Below, one piece after another: positions 1 to 11,791 of a stretch of DNA of 64,000 nt. Every line of letters begins with the position of its first letter. Position 1 is the first letter of the stretch. The notes under the pieces were generated by a model. The model saw only the letters and a program-made list of their open reading frames with translations, was not told the origin of the DNA and made no database searches. The position numbers and the translations under genes were made by a program. This DNA is from Candidatus Nanopelagicales bacterium (lineage in GTDB: Bacteria > Actinomycetota > Actinomycetes > S36-B12). The stretch is taken from the NCBI GenBank assembly GCA_018609125.1, contig JABAYF010000019.1, forward strand, positions 3,911 to 67,910, in the 5' to 3' direction.

Positions 1-91
1 AAGCGCGGTTCGGCGTTACTCTCAGTAACAGCGTTAGCGAGTACCGGGCAGACGACAACAGTCGCTCGCCCGACATAGAGAGGAGTTCCGC

Positions 92-748
92 GTGAGCGGA
101 TTCGGATTCAACACAGCGTCCATGGCGGGAATGTCGTCAGAGTTCACGGTTCCAGGGCTGCGCGCGCCCGCGGCTGGGATGTCTGGTTTCGGCGACATGC
201 TGGACGAACGCCTCCTACGCGAACGCATCGTGTGGCTGGAAGGGGAGGTGCGTGATGAGAACTCCAACCGCATCGCTAAGCAGTTGCAGGTTCTTGCTGC
301 TGAAGACCCCGAAAGCGACATCACCCTCTACATCAATTCCCCAGGTGGTTCAATCACCGCGGGTATGGTCATTTACGACACCATGCAGTTGATCCCCAAT
401 CAGGTCACCACCATTTCGATGGGCCTGGCTGCATCGATGGGCCAGTTCCTGCTCACTGCGGGTGCGGCCGGAAAACGTTACGCCACACCCAATACGCGCA
501 TCATGATGCACCAGCCCCTCGGCGGAATCGGCGGCACGGCTTCCGATATCAAGATTCAGGCCGAGCAAATGATCTACATCAAAAAGCGGATGGCTCAACT
601 TATCGCCGAACACAGCGGCAAGACGCTGGAACAGATTGAAGAAGACTCCGACCGTGACCGCTGGTTCACCTCAGAAGAAGCCCGCGACTATGGCCTGATT
701 GACCATGTGTACAGCACCGCCGCCGACGCACCGGGGAGTGGATCATGA
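92..748 (+). CDS. clpP1: ATP-dependent Clp protease proteolytic subunit ClpP1
   Basis: 218-aa ORF; GTG start 7 nt after AGAGGAG; YINSPGGS, catalytic Ser in GLAASMG, His in MMHQPLGG, Asp in DRDRWF; first of a tandem clpP pair followed by clpX. In-frame ATG at 179 is an alternative start. Confidence 0.93.
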   Translation: MSGFGFNTASMAGMSSEFTVPGLRAPAAGMSGFGDMLDERLLRERIVWLEGEVRDENSNRIAKQLQVLAAEDPESDITLYINSPGGSITAGMVIYDTMQLIPNQVTTISMGLAASMGQFLLTAGAAGKRYATPNTRIMMHQPLGGIGGTASDIKIQAEQMIYIKKRMAQLIAEHSGKTLEQIEEDSDRDRWFTSEEARDYGLIDHVYSTAADAPGSGS

Positions 749-1395
749 CCGTGAAAGATTCGATGCCGATGTCCCCTCAGGCTAGGTACATCCTGCCTGA
801 ATTCCGTGAGCGCACCGCCAACGGTGAGCGAACTCACAACCCCTACACCAAACTCTTCGAAGAGCGGATCATCTTCTTGGGTGTCCAAATTGATGATGCG
901 TCCGCCGATGATGTGATGGCCCAACTGCTCACCTTGGAGTCCTTAGACCCCGATCGAGATATCCAGATTTACATCAACTCACCGGGTGGCTCCTACACCG
1001 CTATGACAGCTATCTACGACACGATGCAGTTCGTCAAGCCGCAGGTTCAAACGGTGTGTCTAGGCCAGGCGGCCTCTGCAGCAGCTGTTTTGCTTGCTGC
1101 AGGTGCGGCCGGCAAACGTTTCGCTTTGCCCCATGCCCGCATCCTCATTCACCAGCCTTACACCGAAGGCGGCGGTCAAGCCTCCGATGTGGAGATCCAG
1201 GCAAATGAGATTTTGCGCATGCGCCAGGAGATGGAGGGCATTTTGGCTCTGCACACTGGGCGTTCTTCTGAGCAGATCGAGAAGGACATCGAGCGGGATC
1301 GCATTCTTACCGCAGCTGCGGCCAAGGACTACGGAATCATCGACCAGGTAATCGCCTCGCGTAAGACAGCAACCGGGGCTATTGCCTCATCTTGA
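745..1395 (+). CDS. clpP2: ATP-dependent Clp protease proteolytic subunit ClpP2
   Basis: 216-aa ORF; ATGA overlap with clpP1 stop; PQARYILP...[16 protein letters not shown]-terminus and GQAASAAA / LIHQP / ERDRIL triad contexts match the actinobacterial ClpP2 paralogue as I recall it. Confidence 0.93.
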   Translation: MTVKDSMPMSPQARYILPEFRERTANGERTHNPYTKLFEERIIFLGVQIDDASADDVMAQLLTLESLDPDRDIQIYINSPGGSYTAMTAIYDTMQFVKPQVQTVCLGQAASAAAVLLAAGAAGKRFALPHARILIHQPYTEGGGQASDVEIQANEILRMRQEMEGILALHTGRSSEQIEKDIERDRILTAAAAKDYGIIDQVIASRKTATGAIASS

Positions 1396-1560
1396 TGTCC
1401 CGCTGCCTGCTGCTGGTGACTTGTCCGCTCAGGGCTTAATTCCCTGACGGAGGGATACGAGCATCCGTGGTGCATTTCACGGTAGCGTAATTTCGTTGGG
1501 TTGTTCATCTGCATTCTCTAGGCTCCAGCGCCTGGGGAAGTCGCGATAAGGGAGTGGGCT

Positions 1561-2865
1561 GTGGCACGCATGGGCGAAAGCGGCGATCTGCTCAAGTGCT
1601 CCTTTTGTGGCAAGAGCCAAAAACAGGTCAAGAAGCTCATCGCCGGTCCAGGCGTGTACATCTGCGATGAGTGCATCGACCTGTGCAACGAGATCATTGA
1701 AGAAGAACTCACTGACTCTGCGGAAATGCCGTTCGAAGACTTACCGAAACCGCGCGAGATTTACGACTTCCTCGACAATTACGTCATCGGCCAAGATGTT
1801 GCCAAGAAGGCACTGTCCGTTGCGGTGTACAACCACTACAAGCGTGTTCAGGCCGGAGTTAAGGCCCACGGTAGTGACGAGGGCGTGGAGTTAGCCAAGT
1901 CAAACATTTTGCTACTCGGACCCACCGGCTCAGGCAAGACGTTGCTCGCCCAAACCCTGGCCCGGATGCTCAACGTGCCCTTCGCCATCGCCGATGCCAC
2001 CGCTCTCACCGAGGCTGGCTACGTCGGGGAAGACGTGGAAAACATTCTGCTGAAACTCATTCAAGCAGCCGACTACGATGTAAAAAAGGCCGAGACCGGA
2101 ATCATCTACATCGACGAAATCGACAAGATCGCGCGCAAAAGTGAGAATCCCTCCATTACCCGTGATGTCTCCGGCGAAGGGGTGCAGCAGGCACTGTTGA
2201 AAATCCTTGAGGGCACCACCGCATCCGTTCCGCCCCAGGGTGGGCGCAAGCATCCGCACCAGGAGTTCATTCAAATCGACACGACCAACGTGTTGTTTAT
2301 CGTGGGTGGCGCTTTCGCCGGTCTGGACACCATCATTGAGCAGCGCGTGGGTAAGAAGCGCGTCGGCTTCACCTTTGACATCGTTGCCGATGACGGTGGC
2401 GAAGCGCCCACTGATACCGATCCAGATGACATCTTCGGTTATGTCATGCCCGAGGACATGCTGAAGTTCGGCATGATTCCAGAATTTGTGGGGCGCCTGC
2501 CGGTCTTTACCTCGGTCACGCGTCTTGACCGTGAAGCACTAGTCCAGGTCTTGACAGAGCCGCGGAACGCCCTGGTCAAGCAGTATGGACGCCTTTTCGA
2601 TCTTGACGGTGTCGACCTAGAGTTCACCGAGGATGCGCTCAACGAAATCGCTAATCAGGCACTGAAGCGAGGTACCGGGGCTCGTGGGCTCCGCGCCATC
2701 CTTGAAGAGGTTCTCCTCAATGTGATGTACGACGTGCCCAGCAGGTCTGACGTGGCCAAGGTCGTTGTCACCGGTGAAACTGTGCGCGACAACGTGTTGC
2801 CCACCCTCGTGCCACGCGAGGCGGTCACCCCCAAACGAACTCGAGCGCGCAAAGAATCTGCCTAG
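1561..2865 (+). CDS. clpX: ATP-dependent Clp protease ATP-binding subunit ClpX
   Basis: 434-aa ORF; GTG 6 nt after AAGGGAG; zinc ribbon CSFCGK..CDEC; Walker A GPTGSGKT; Walker [10 protein letters not shown]. Confidence 0.97.
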   Translation: MARMGESGDLLKCSFCGKSQKQVKKLIAGPGVYICDECIDLCNEIIEEELTDSAEMPFEDLPKPREIYDFLDNYVIGQDVAKKALSVAVYNHYKRVQAGVKAHGSDEGVELAKSNILLLGPTGSGKTLLAQTLARMLNVPFAIADATALTEAGYVGEDVENILLKLIQAADYDVKKAETGIIYIDEIDKIARKSENPSITRDVSGEGVQQALLKILEGTTASVPPQGGRKHPHQEFIQIDTTNVLFIVGGAFAGLDTIIEQRVGKKRVGFTFDIVADDGGEAPTDTDPDDIFGYVMPEDMLKFGMIPEFVGRLPVFTSVTRLDREALVQVLTEPRNALVKQYGRLFDLDGVDLEFTEDALNEIANQALKRGTGARGLRAILEEVLLNVMYDVPSRSDVAKVVVTGETVRDNVLPTLVPREAVTPKRTRARKESA

Positions 2866-5438
2866 TCAGTCACATCAGCCAAGGTCGAGCGAATGACCAT
2901 CTCCTCGCCGACGGAATAGGTGAACGACTCCACGCGACCGGCTGATGCCAGGTCTGGTTCGGCCATCTTGATTCGGTCCAGCAAGTCTTGCGGCCCATGG
3001 ATACTGACGCTGGCAACCGCGGCCTTCATCGACACTTTCGCCTCGCTCTTTACCCGGCGAATGGCGGACAGGACCGTGGCAACGTCACCGAGCAGCCGCC
3101 CATCAACCGAGCCCGGTATAGCCGCGTCACCGGTGGTTGGTGGTGACCTGTCATCAGGTGTGGGCCAGGCGGATGCGTGAATTGATCCTTCGCGCCACCA
3201 CGACCAAACCTCCTCGGTGACGAAGGGGAGTACGGGTGCGAAAAGTCGCAGCAGGGTATCCAACGTAATGGCGAGGGTTGCGCGCGCCGACACAGTTCTT
3301 GGGTCGGTCGCATCACCGTAGGAGCGCTCCTTCACCAGCTCCACATAGTCGTCGGTGAACGACCAGAAGAATGTCTCGGTGAGTTCAAGAGCGCGGGCGT
3401 AGTTGTAGTTCTCCATGGCATCGGTTGCCTTGATGACCAGATCGGCAAGGTTTACCAGCAGTGCCGCATCAAGGGGTTGGGTCACGGCACCGTTGGTATC
3501 GGTGGCGCCATTGCCCAGCACGAAACGGCTAGCGTTGAGAATCTTGATCGCAAGGCGACGGCCGATTTTCATCTGCCCCACGTCGAAGGCAGTATCCGTA
3601 CCGGGGCGACCCGAAGCGGCCCAATAGCGCACCGCATCAGAACCGTGTTCGGCCAGAAGATCAACCGGTGTCACGACATTGCCCTTGGACTTGCTCATTT
3701 TTTTGCGGTCTGGATCCAAAATCCAGCCGCTGATGGCGACATCGGTCCAGGGGAGGCAGTCGAACTCTAGGTGGCTTCGAACGACGGTGGAGAACAGCCA
3801 GGTGCGGATGATCTCGTGTGCTTGGGGACGCAGATCCATCGGAAAGATGCGATTCCATAAATCAGTATCGCGTTGCCAACCACCAGCGATTTGCGGTGTG
3901 AGAGAGGACGTTGCCCAGGTGTCCATGACGTCTGGATCTGCCATGAATCCACCCGGTTGACCGCGCAACGCTGGGTCAAGTCCTGGTGGTGTATCCGAAG
4001 AAGGATCAATGGGCAACGTATCGGCAGTCGGCACGATGGGGGAGTCGTATCGAGGCTGACCAGTTTCGTCGAGGGGATACCAGACGGGAATCGGTACGCC
4101 GAAGAAACGTTGACGTGATACCAGCCAGTCGCCGTTGAGTCCCTCCACCCAGTTTTCGTATCGAACCTGCATATGCTCGGGATGCCAACGCAGTTGACGC
4201 CCACGCTCAAGAAGTTGTTCGCGTAGTTCAGGGTTTCTACCGCCATTGGTGAGGTACCACTGGCGCGTTGTCACGATTTCGAGCGGGCGTTCGCCCTTTT
4301 CGAAGAACTTCACCGGATGGGTGATTTTTCGTGGTTCGCCTTCTACGAAGCCGGCTTCTGTCAGTGCCGACACCATGCGTTCTTTCGCGGTATGTGCGGT
4401 GGCGCCGGCGATGTGTTCGTAGAGAGCTGATGGTTGGGCACCGGTGATCCAGTCCGGCACATCGCGCAGGATGCGCCCATCCCAGCCGATGATGGGCCGA
4501 GTGGGCAACTGCAGTTCGCGCCACCATGTGACGTCCGTGAGGTCGCCGAATGTGCAGACCATAGCGATTCCGGAACCTTTTTCGGGATCGGCAAGATGGT
4601 GCGCCACGACGGGCACTTCGACGTCGAATAGCGGAGTGAGCACCGTTGATCCGAAAAGTGCGGCGTAGCGGGCATCGTCTGGGTGCGCGACAAGGGCAAC
4701 ACATGCGGCCAGTAGTTCAGGGCGAGTTGTCTCGATCCATACGCGATCAGTCGCGCCGGCGGCCAGCGAAAAACCAATACGGTGGTAAGCACCTTCGCGT
4801 TCACGATCTTCAAGTTCGGCCTGAGCCACTGCTGTTTTGAAGGTGACGTCCCACAGGGTCGGTGCCTCCGACTGATAGGCCTCGCCCCGTGCAAGATTGT
4901 CTAGGAACGCACGCTGTGATGCCGTGCGGGCGATGTCGTCAATCGTTTGATATGTCTGCGTCCAATCAATAGACAGCCCGAGTTGGCGCCACAACTGCTC
5001 GAAGACAACCTCATCCTCGACCGTTAATCGTTCACACAACTGCACAAAATTGCGCCGTGAAATGGGAATCTGATTTTTGGCATCTGGCTCATCCGGAACG
5101 GTGAAGTCTGGGTCGTAGGGCAGCGAGGGGTCGCAGCGCACACCAAAGTAGTTTTGCACCCGACGTTCGGTGGGGAGCCCGTTATCGTCCCAGCCCATCG
5201 GATAAAAAACCTCAAACCCACGCATGCGCTTGAACCTCGCGATGCAGTCGGTATGCGTGTAAGAGAAGACGTGACCGACGTGGAGCGAGCCGCTGACCGT
5301 GGGCGGCGGGGTGTCAATGGAGTAGACCTGATCGCGGGTTTTCGTGCGGTCAAAGCGATAGATGCCGGACTCTTCCCACCGACGAGACCATCGCTGTTCG
5401 ATACCTGCGATGGTGGGTTTTTCTGGCAGTCCAGTCAT
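2862..5438 (-). CDS. valS: valine--tRNA ligase
   Basis: 858-aa ORF; class I HIGH motif (SLHVGH) and KMSKS motif (KMSKSKGN); overall length and N-terminus [17 protein letters not shown] typical of actinobacterial ValRS. Confidence 0.95.
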   Translation of the reverse strand: MTGLPEKPTIAGIEQRWSRRWEESGIYRFDRTKTRDQVYSIDTPPPTVSGSLHVGHVFSYTHTDCIARFKRMRGFEVFYPMGWDDNGLPTERRVQNYFGVRCDPSLPYDPDFTVPDEPDAKNQIPISRRNFVQLCERLTVEDEVVFEQLWRQLGLSIDWTQTYQTIDDIARTASQRAFLDNLARGEAYQSEAPTLWDVTFKTAVAQAELEDREREGAYHRIGFSLAAGATDRVWIETTRPELLAACVALVAHPDDARYAALFGSTVLTPLFDVEVPVVAHHLADPEKGSGIAMVCTFGDLTDVTWWRELQLPTRPIIGWDGRILRDVPDWITGAQPSALYEHIAGATAHTAKERMVSALTEAGFVEGEPRKITHPVKFFEKGERPLEIVTTRQWYLTNGGRNPELREQLLERGRQLRWHPEHMQVRYENWVEGLNGDWLVSRQRFFGVPIPVWYPLDETGQPRYDSPIVPTADTLPIDPSSDTPPGLDPALRGQPGGFMADPDVMDTWATSSLTPQIAGGWQRDTDLWNRIFPMDLRPQAHEIIRTWLFSTVVRSHLEFDCLPWTDVAISGWILDPDRKKMSKSKGNVVTPVDLLAEHGSDAVRYWAASGRPGTDTAFDVGQMKIGRRLAIKILNASRFVLGNGATDTNGAVTQPLDAALLVNLADLVIKATDAMENYNYARALELTETFFWSFTDDYVELVKERSYGDATDPRTVSARATLAITLDTLLRLFAPVLPFVTEEVWSWWREGSIHASAWPTPDDRSPPTTGDAAIPGSVDGRLLGDVATVLSAIRRVKSEAKVSMKAAVASVSIHGPQDLLDRIKMAEPDLASAGRVESFTYSVGEEMVIRSTLADVTD

Positions 5439-5462
5439 GGGGCATCATCTTAGGCAGCGCAG

Positions 5463-6869
5463 ATGCTGGCCCGTCGGGGGCCGGTTAGTGTGGGCGATGT
5501 GAACCCCGGCGGAATTCAGGAGCCAGCCAGCAACCCAGCGACAGCCACTTTCGAGCAGGTGGTGGCTGCGTTAATGCAGCGTTGGCCGGAATCGCGGATC
5601 GACCCGAGTTTGGATCGCATTACCGAGCTGCTCAATCTGCTCGGTGCGCCCCACCTTGCCTTGCCGGTGATTCAAGTGACCGGCACAAACGGCAAGTCGT
5701 CAACTGCACGGATGATCGCCAGTCTCTTAGAGGCCATGGGTTTGCGCACCGGCCTTTACACCAGCCCGCACCTCATCGACGTCACCGAGCGAATCGAAAT
5801 AGATGGCAAACCTCTTGACCGAGACGCGTTCACCCAGGTGTGGAAAGACATAGCTCCCTACGTAGCGATGACCGATGAGCAAAACGGAACGCCGCTGAGC
5901 TTCTTTGAAGTCCTAACCGCGATGGCGTACGCATCCTTCGCCGATGCTCCCGTTGACGTCGCTGTTGTTGAGGTGGGCATGGGTGGTCGCTGGGATGCCA
6001 CCTCCGTGGCACCCGCCCAGGTAGCGGTCGTGTTGACGGTGGACCTTGATCACATGGATTATCTCGGTGAGACGGTCGTTGACATTGCCCGAGAGAAAGC
6101 CGCCATCATCGCCAGCGACGGCATTGCTGTGATTGGCCGGCAGCGCCGTGAGGTGATCGAAGTGATCAGCGAAAGACTTGAACTGACCCATGCCACGGCC
6201 TTCTGGCAGGAACGAGACTTCGAAGTGACCCACCGAGAGGTGGCAGTCGGTGGACAGGTGCTTGCGCTACGTGGAATCGACGGGGAGTACGTCGATGTTT
6301 TCGTTCCGGCCTACGGCGAACACCAGGCGTTCAACACAGCCTGCGCGATCGCTGCGGTCGAAGCCTTCCTCGGTGGCAAGAGCCTGGACGCGGGCGTCAT
6401 CGAAGAAGGACTGGGTGCGCTGCGTACGCCGGGCCGCCTTGAGATTGTGCGTCGAGGTCCCACCGTGGTCATCGACTCTGCGCACAATCCGGCCGGTGCA
6501 CGCGCGCTAGCAGCGGCGCTATCGGAGAGTTTTGCTTTTACCCATCTCGTGGCAGTGGTTGCTGTCTTGGACGATAAGGACGTGCAAGGCATTTTGCTGC
6601 CCCTTGCCGATGTCGTCGACGAAATCGTGGTCACGGCGAATCATTCGCCGCGAGCGCTGGGTGTAGATGCATTAGCGGCGGTGGCGGTGGAGATTTTTGG
6701 ATCTGAGCGGGTGGAGGTTGCGGCAAGTTTTGCCGATGCCATCGACACTGCAGTGCGCTTAGCCGAAGAGGCAGATACCTATGCCGCCTCGGGCGTCATC
6801 ATCACCGGTTCCGTGGTGTCTGCAGGTCAGGCCCGTGCCTTGCTGACGAAGAGTCAGGACCGCACATGA
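5463..6869 (+). CDS. folC: bifunctional folylpolyglutamate synthase / dihydrofolate synthase
   Basis: 468-aa ORF; Mur-ligase-type P-loop TGTNGKSST; conserved valS/folC/ndk neighbourhood. Start uncertain: only 24 bp from the divergent valS start, and in-frame GTGs at 5490 and 5499 are possible. Confidence 0.9.
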   Translation: MLARRGPVSVGDVNPGGIQEPASNPATATFEQVVAALMQRWPESRIDPSLDRITELLNLLGAPHLALPVIQVTGTNGKSSTARMIASLLEAMGLRTGLYTSPHLIDVTERIEIDGKPLDRDAFTQVWKDIAPYVAMTDEQNGTPLSFFEVLTAMAYASFADAPVDVAVVEVGMGGRWDATSVAPAQVAVVLTVDLDHMDYLGETVVDIAREKAAIIASDGIAVIGRQRREVIEVISERLELTHATAFWQERDFEVTHREVAVGGQVLALRGIDGEYVDVFVPAYGEHQAFNTACAIAAVEAFLGGKSLDAGVIEEGLGALRTPGRLEIVRRGPTVVIDSAHNPAGARALAAALSESFAFTHLVAVVAVLDDKDVQGILLPLADVVDEIVVTANHSPRALGVDALAAVAVEIFGSERVEVAASFADAIDTAVRLAEEADTYAASGVIITGSVVSAGQARALLTKSQDRT

Positions 6870-7210
6870 GGGTCCTGGGCACCTCGGTGCTCGTCTTTGA
6901 AGCAATTATCGTGCTCCTCGCCATCCCGGTGGCGGTGGTGGTGGGCACCATTTCCGGTCCACCGTGGGTGTTCATTTCTACCGGAATCCTCCTGGCGCTC
7001 GCGCTCGTTGCCTTGGCTGGCGTGATCATGAAGCCGTGGGCCGTTTCGGTGGGTTGGGTGCTGCAGGCCCTGGTCATGCTGACCGCCATCTTGGTGCCCG
7101 TCATGCTGATCGTGGGGGGCATTTTTGTGGCTCTGTGGTGGCTGGCCGTGAAGTGGGGACGTCAGGTGGATGACCTCAAGGCACAGGCCGCGGGAGAGGC
7201 CACCGGCTAA
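6866..7210 (+). CDS. small integral membrane protein (DUF4233-like, follows folC)
   Basis: 114-aa ORF; ATGA overlap with folC stop; three to four hydrophobic helices; the same small membrane ORF follows folC in other actinobacteria (family name from memory). Confidence 0.75.
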   Translation: MRVLGTSVLVFEAIIVLLAIPVAVVVGTISGPPWVFISTGILLALALVALAGVIMKPWAVSVGWVLQALVMLTAILVPVMLIVGGIFVALWWLAVKWGRQVDDLKAQAAGEATG

Positions 7211-7320
7211 GTTCATTCGGAGTGGCCACCGGCTCACTCCATGATGAAGTCGAGCGTGCCCTACGCTGACAACGTCTCCACACGCAAGCGAGTCTGCCGT
7301 AACTATCGAGAGGAACCCCT

Positions 7321-7731
7321 GTGTCAGAACGCACCCTGGTCCTGGTCAAGCCCGATGGAGTGTCACGCGGGTTAGTGGGGGAAGTCATAGGTCGCATTGA
7401 GCGTAAAGGTTTTACCGTGGTAGCACTGCAGATGCAGACCGTGACCCGCGCGATCGCCGAGGAGCACTACGGCGAGCATCGAGATAAGCCCTTCTTCGGC
7501 GAGCTCGTTGATTTCATCACGTCAAGCCCACTCGTTGCAGCGGTGATTGAAGGAACGGATGCGATCGCTAGTTGGCGCACGATGATGGGTGCGACGAATC
7601 CAAGCCAGGCCGCCCCCGGCACCATCCGCGGGGATCTTGCGACGCAAACTCAAAACAATGTGACCCATGGTTCAGATTCCCCCACTTCAGCTGAGCGTGA
7701 GATCGCCCTGTTCTTCCCCAATCTTGGCTAG
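7321..7731 (+). CDS. ndk: nucleoside-diphosphate kinase
   Basis: 136-aa ORF; GTG after GAGAGGA; LVLVKPDGV, active-site His in NVTHGSDS. Confidence 0.96.
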   Translation: MSERTLVLVKPDGVSRGLVGEVIGRIERKGFTVVALQMQTVTRAIAEEHYGEHRDKPFFGELVDFITSSPLVAAVIEGTDAIASWRTMMGATNPSQAAPGTIRGDLATQTQNNVTHGSDSPTSAEREIALFFPNLG

Positions 7732-9124
7732 CCCGGCTGGGAGATCACTCATCTCCGCCGTCGTACTGGCCGCCGGGGTCGTGGCCGGCGTCATGGTCAC
7801 TCGACCGAGCCTGGTGGCATGGCCGCGCGGGGTACGCCCGGGACTCGGCGTGGGCACAGGGGTCGTTTGTGCGGGGATCACGTGGTTGACGTTAGATACG
7901 ATCAATCAACTCCGGCGAGGCCGTAATCAATTTCCTCGGTTGGCCAAGATGGCCGGCGTCGTGGCTGTGGGGTGGCTGAGCGTCACCGCGGCGAAAGCCC
8001 TGGTGGGATCTCGGGCTGACCGCGATGGGCTGCGACCGGATCGCGCATTTGCTGCGACGCCCGGTTCGCCTTGGGTGAGCGGCAGCCTGGATTCGGCCGT
8101 CGACGCAACAACTCTTGGACGCGAAGGTGCTCGATTCGTGCATTCCTACACTCCCGCAGCGGCGATCAATGAAGTGTGGATGACCGATGACCCGCCGGTG
8201 AGTCCGATTCGGATATTCATCGGGGTTGAAACTGCCGCCACGGTTGCAGATCGTGTGGCGGTGGCGATCGCAGAGTTGGAACGAACGGGGGCATTCGACC
8301 GACAAATGCTGTGCGTCATTGCGCCTGCAGGTAGTGGCTACGTCAACCCCACCCCGATATCGATTCTGGAAATTGCCACCCGTGGTGATTGCGCGACCGT
8401 GGCGGTCGGCTACGGATTGCGACCATCCTTTTTGTCCTTGGATCGTGTCGATGTGGCTGCAGACACACAACTTTTACTGCTCGCCGGAATCATCGACGCG
8501 TTAGCTGCGCGAGCCAAGCCGGCTCGGTTGGTTTTGTACGGCGAGAGCCTCGGCGCTGGAGTTCAACAGGCCGGTCTGAACCGCATGGCTCCCACCGGTG
8601 GATGCCTACCCGGTGCTGTGGACCGGGCGCTGTGGGTGGGTACACCGGGGGGTGCTGGCCGGGATCTGTTCCGAGCACGTCTCGATGCCGCGGGAATTGC
8701 GCACGGCACTGTTGATCATCCCGGGCAGATCTCTACCCAGCATGATCCTCGTGTGTGGTTCCTTGAGCACGATGCCGACCCGGTGGTGCGCTTCGCACCG
8801 GATGCGCTGTGGCGACAACCAGCGTGGTTGAACGAAAAGACACGTGGAAGCGGCGTGCCGGCCAGCATGTCGTGGCGCCCGGTAGTTACCTGGGTACAGC
8901 TGCTGGTGGACACTTTTTTCGCGACCAACATTCGCCCCGGTGACTTTCAGGCTCGGGCCCACGACTACCGCGCGGACCTCGGCGAGGTCGTGCGCGCTGC
9001 CTTCGCCCTGCCCATGTCTGATGCGGCAGGGCAGCGCCTGGAACGAGTGCTTCGCGAACTGGAGCAGGATCGGGCCATATTGATTTCTCACCACGAGTTC
9101 CGCCCCGGTCACGAGGCCAATTAG
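7667..9124 (+). CDS. membrane-anchored alpha/beta-hydrolase family protein, function unknown
   Basis: 485-aa ORF; N-terminal hydrophobic helices ([39 protein letters not shown]) then a soluble domain with nucleophile-elbow-like YGESLGA. ORF-track start overlaps ndk by 65 nt; the true start may be GTG 7697, TTG 7724 or ATG 7793. Confidence 0.75.
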   Translation: MVQIPPLQLSVRSPCSSPILASPAGRSLISAVVLAAGVVAGVMVTRPSLVAWPRGVRPGLGVGTGVVCAGITWLTLDTINQLRRGRNQFPRLAKMAGVVAVGWLSVTAAKALVGSRADRDGLRPDRAFAATPGSPWVSGSLDSAVDATTLGREGARFVHSYTPAAAINEVWMTDDPPVSPIRIFIGVETAATVADRVAVAIAELERTGAFDRQMLCVIAPAGSGYVNPTPISILEIATRGDCATVAVGYGLRPSFLSLDRVDVAADTQLLLLAGIIDALAARAKPARLVLYGESLGAGVQQAGLNRMAPTGGCLPGAVDRALWVGTPGGAGRDLFRARLDAAGIAHGTVDHPGQISTQHDPRVWFLEHDADPVVRFAPDALWRQPAWLNEKTRGSGVPASMSWRPVVTWVQLLVDTFFATNIRPGDFQARAHDYRADLGEVVRAAFALPMSDAAGQRLERVLRELEQDRAILISHHEFRPGHEAN

Positions 9125-9254
9125 CCTCATCCGTCACACTAGGTACGTGAACGAACTACCATAGAAACTCCAAGCAAGTGGGGCGGCAGCGATTGCTGCT
9201 CGTCCATCGCTGGTGAATGATCCGCGAAAGGCGCCGTTGCCCGTGTCCAACACC

Positions 9255-10274
9255 ATGTCTTTTGTCGGCCGCGACATGGCGGTCGATCTCGGCACCGCCA
9301 ACACGTTGGTCTACGTGCGTGGCCGCGGCATCGCGCTCAATGAGCCTTCGGTTGTGGCCATCAACCAAAACACCGGCGGCATCTTGGCGGTGGGCAGCGA
9401 GGCAAAACGCATGATTGGTCGCACCCCGGGCAGTATTGTCGCGATCCGCCCGCTCAAAGACGGCGTGATCGCTGATTTCGATACGACCGAACGAATGCTG
9501 CGCTACTTCATTCAAAAAGTCCACCGCCGCCGCCACCTCGCCAAGCCACGCTTGGTTATCTGTGTGCCCTCGGGGATTACCGGGGTTGAACAGCGTGCGG
9601 TGAAAGACGCCGGCTATGCCGCGGGCGCTCGCAAGGTATTCATTATTGAAGAGCCGATGGCTGCCGCAATTGGGGCGAACCTGCCCGTACACGAACCCAC
9701 CGGCAACATGGTGGTTGATATCGGTGGTGGCACCACCGAGGTCGCGGTCATCTCCCTCGGCGGCATTGTCACAAGTATTTCGATTCGGGTGGGCGGCGAC
9801 GAACTCGACAGCGCAATCATCAACTACGTAAAGAAGGAATACTCCCTCCTTTTGGGTGAGCGCACCGCAGAGGAAATCAAGGTGGCGATCGCATCGGCGT
9901 TCCCCATGCCGGATGAGCCGCATGCTGAGATTCGTGGACGCGATCTGGTCAGCGGCTTGCCGCGCACAGTTGTGGTGACCGCCGATGAAATCCGCAGGGC
10001 GATCGAAGAGCCCGTGAACGCCATCGTCGATGTTGTGAAAACAACCCTCGACCGGACGCCACCGGAGTTGTCCGGCGACATCATGGATCGCGGCATTGTG
10101 CTGACGGGCGGCGGGGCATTGTTGCGCGGCATTGATGAGCGTCTGCGACACGAAACGGGAATGCCGATCGTGATCGCCGAGAATCCCCTTGATTGTGTGG
10201 CTCTCGGGGCGGGCAAATGCGTGGAAGAGTTCGAGGCGCTACAGCAGGTTCTGATCTCTGAACCCCGACACTAG
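9255..10274 (+). CDS. mreB: rod shape-determining actin homologue MreB
   Basis: N-terminus [20 protein letters not shown] is the canonical MreB start, so the ORF-track start 9213 was trimmed to ATG 9255; phosphate-binding DLGTANT and DIGGGTTE motifs. Confidence 0.95.
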   Translation: MSFVGRDMAVDLGTANTLVYVRGRGIALNEPSVVAINQNTGGILAVGSEAKRMIGRTPGSIVAIRPLKDGVIADFDTTERMLRYFIQKVHRRRHLAKPRLVICVPSGITGVEQRAVKDAGYAAGARKVFIIEEPMAAAIGANLPVHEPTGNMVVDIGGGTTEVAVISLGGIVTSISIRVGGDELDSAIINYVKKEYSLLLGERTAEEIKVAIASAFPMPDEPHAEIRGRDLVSGLPRTVVVTADEIRRAIEEPVNAIVDVVKTTLDRTPPELSGDIMDRGIVLTGGGALLRGIDERLRHETGMPIVIAENPLDCVALGAGKCVEEFEALQQVLISEPRH

Positions 10275-10285
10275 GAGCCCGTTCT

Positions 10286-11164
10286 TTGCGCGAATTGCGG
10301 AAAGCTCGGCTGGTTTTGGCCCTGCTCATCTTGACGTCCATCACGCTAATCGTGGTGGACCTTAGAGGTGGCGTTGGTGGCCCACTTCAACCGCTGCGCA
10401 CCGTCACCACGGCGGTGTTTGGGCCGTTGGAACGCGGCGCTGCCGCAGTAATTTCCCCCGTTCAGTCCTTCGTGCAGGCGGTGGCGAACTGGGGTGATCA
10501 ACAGGCCACCATTGATGAGCTCACGGTGCAGAACGAGCAATTGCGAGCGCAGGTGGATACGGCTGACGTAGATCGCGATCGGGTAGCGGCCCTGGATGCT
10601 CTCCTCGGTCTTGCCGCAGATACATCTGTCGACATTGTTCCGGCCGAGGTGATCGCAGTTGGTCCCGCTCAAGGTTTTGCTTGGACGGTGACTCTTGATG
10701 CAGGCTCCGGCGACGGGGTCAGTGAAGGGATGGCCGTTCTCAACGGGGGTGGGCTGGTTGGGCGCGTGGTTTCCGTCGGACCTGACACGGCCACGGTGCT
10801 GCTTATCGTTGATGCCACCTCAACGGTGGGTGGACGTCTGGCGGGATCTGCTCAGATTGGCATCGTGTCTGGCACGGGCCGCCAAGATCTCATGACGATG
10901 CAACTCCTCGACCCGCTGGCGCCGGTGCAATCTGGCGATGTGGTGGTCACCTTCGGGTCTCAAAGTGGGCGTCCGTATCCACCCGGAATACCCGTAGGTG
11001 TTGTGGAAAGTGTTTCTGGAACCCCGGGGCAGTTGACGCGCGTGGCCAATCTGACCCCCTATGCCGACGTCAGCATGATGAGCATCGTGGGCATCGTGGT
11101 CAACCCACCGCGCACCGACCCGCGTCCGGTCATCACCGCACCACCGCTTGCCGAGGGGAGTTAG
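10286..11164 (+). CDS. mreC: rod shape-determining protein MreC
   Basis: 292-aa ORF; TTG start 8 nt after TAGGAG; N-terminal TM helix, coiled-coil segment (IDELTVQNEQLRAQVD), beta-rich C-terminus; position between mreB and mreD. Confidence 0.88.
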   Translation: MRELRKARLVLALLILTSITLIVVDLRGGVGGPLQPLRTVTTAVFGPLERGAAAVISPVQSFVQAVANWGDQQATIDELTVQNEQLRAQVDTADVDRDRVAALDALLGLAADTSVDIVPAEVIAVGPAQGFAWTVTLDAGSGDGVSEGMAVLNGGGLVGRVVSVGPDTATVLLIVDATSTVGGRLAGSAQIGIVSGTGRQDLMTMQLLDPLAPVQSGDVVVTFGSQSGRPYPPGIPVGVVESVSGTPGQLTRVANLTPYADVSMMSIVGIVVNPPRTDPRPVITAPPLAEGS

Positions 11165-11166
11165 CC

Positions 11167-11679
11167 ATGGCGTGGCGACGAGCGCTTCTCATTGCCACCC
11201 TGCTGATCCTCGCGGTGGTGATTGAACTGACCGTCTTGGCGCCGCTGCCCTGGTGGGGGGCCACCCCGCCGCTGGTCCTTGTCGTGGTGGCCGGTGTCGC
11301 CCTGTCCTTTGGACCCATCACCGGCGCGGTCGCTGGTTTTGCTGGCGGGCTGCTCCTCGACTTGGCGCCACCCGCCCTCACCACCGTGGGCATTGCCGCG
11401 CTCATCCTTACCGTGTTGGGCTATGGACTCGGGCGCATCTTTGACTCCGATGAACGTCCCCTATGGCTGACCACGGTGGTCACGGCGCTCGCCGCAGGAA
11501 TCTCTGTGCTGGCCACCGCTGCTCTGGGCGGTCTGCTCGGTGACGTGCGTGTTCGCTGGGATGATGTTCCAGGGTTCTTGGCCGCCGTCATCGTGTACGC
11601 GGCCTTTCTCTCGCTGCCATGCGTGCCCGGTATCCGGGCACTGAGTCGACGTGTGGTGCCCGAAGCATTCCCTCGCTAA
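11167..11679 (+). CDS. mreD: rod shape-determining protein MreD
   Basis: 170-aa polytopic membrane ORF starting 2 nt after mreC stop; position mreC-mreD-pbp2. Confidence 0.8.
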   Translation: MAWRRALLIATLLILAVVIELTVLAPLPWWGATPPLVLVVVAGVALSFGPITGAVAGFAGGLLLDLAPPALTTVGIAALILTVLGYGLGRIFDSDERPLWLTTVVTALAAGISVLATAALGGLLGDVRVRWDDVPGFLAAVIVYAAFLSLPCVPGIRALSRRVVPEAFPR

Positions 11680-11791
11680 ACCCTCTAAATGTGCCATCGG
11701 GGTCGGTTTCGGGTCACAATGGGGCGAGGGAACCAGATCACGGTTCGATAACGTCGAAAGATGTCGCGCCCATGATTGATCGGAGGCAAGG

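Noticed and set aside
1396-1560. Small ORF or structured RNA in the clpP2-clpX gap
   Set aside because: Only a 14-codon ORF and a short hairpin (TCAGGG-N8-CCCTGA) are present. Neither is sufficient for a call, and this is probably just the clpX promoter and leader.
9156-10151. 331-aa minus-strand ORF
   Set aside because: It is entirely antisense to mreB, whose identity is unambiguous. Its composition is Arg/His/Ala-rich, typical of a shadow frame in GC-rich DNA, with no motif and no SD.
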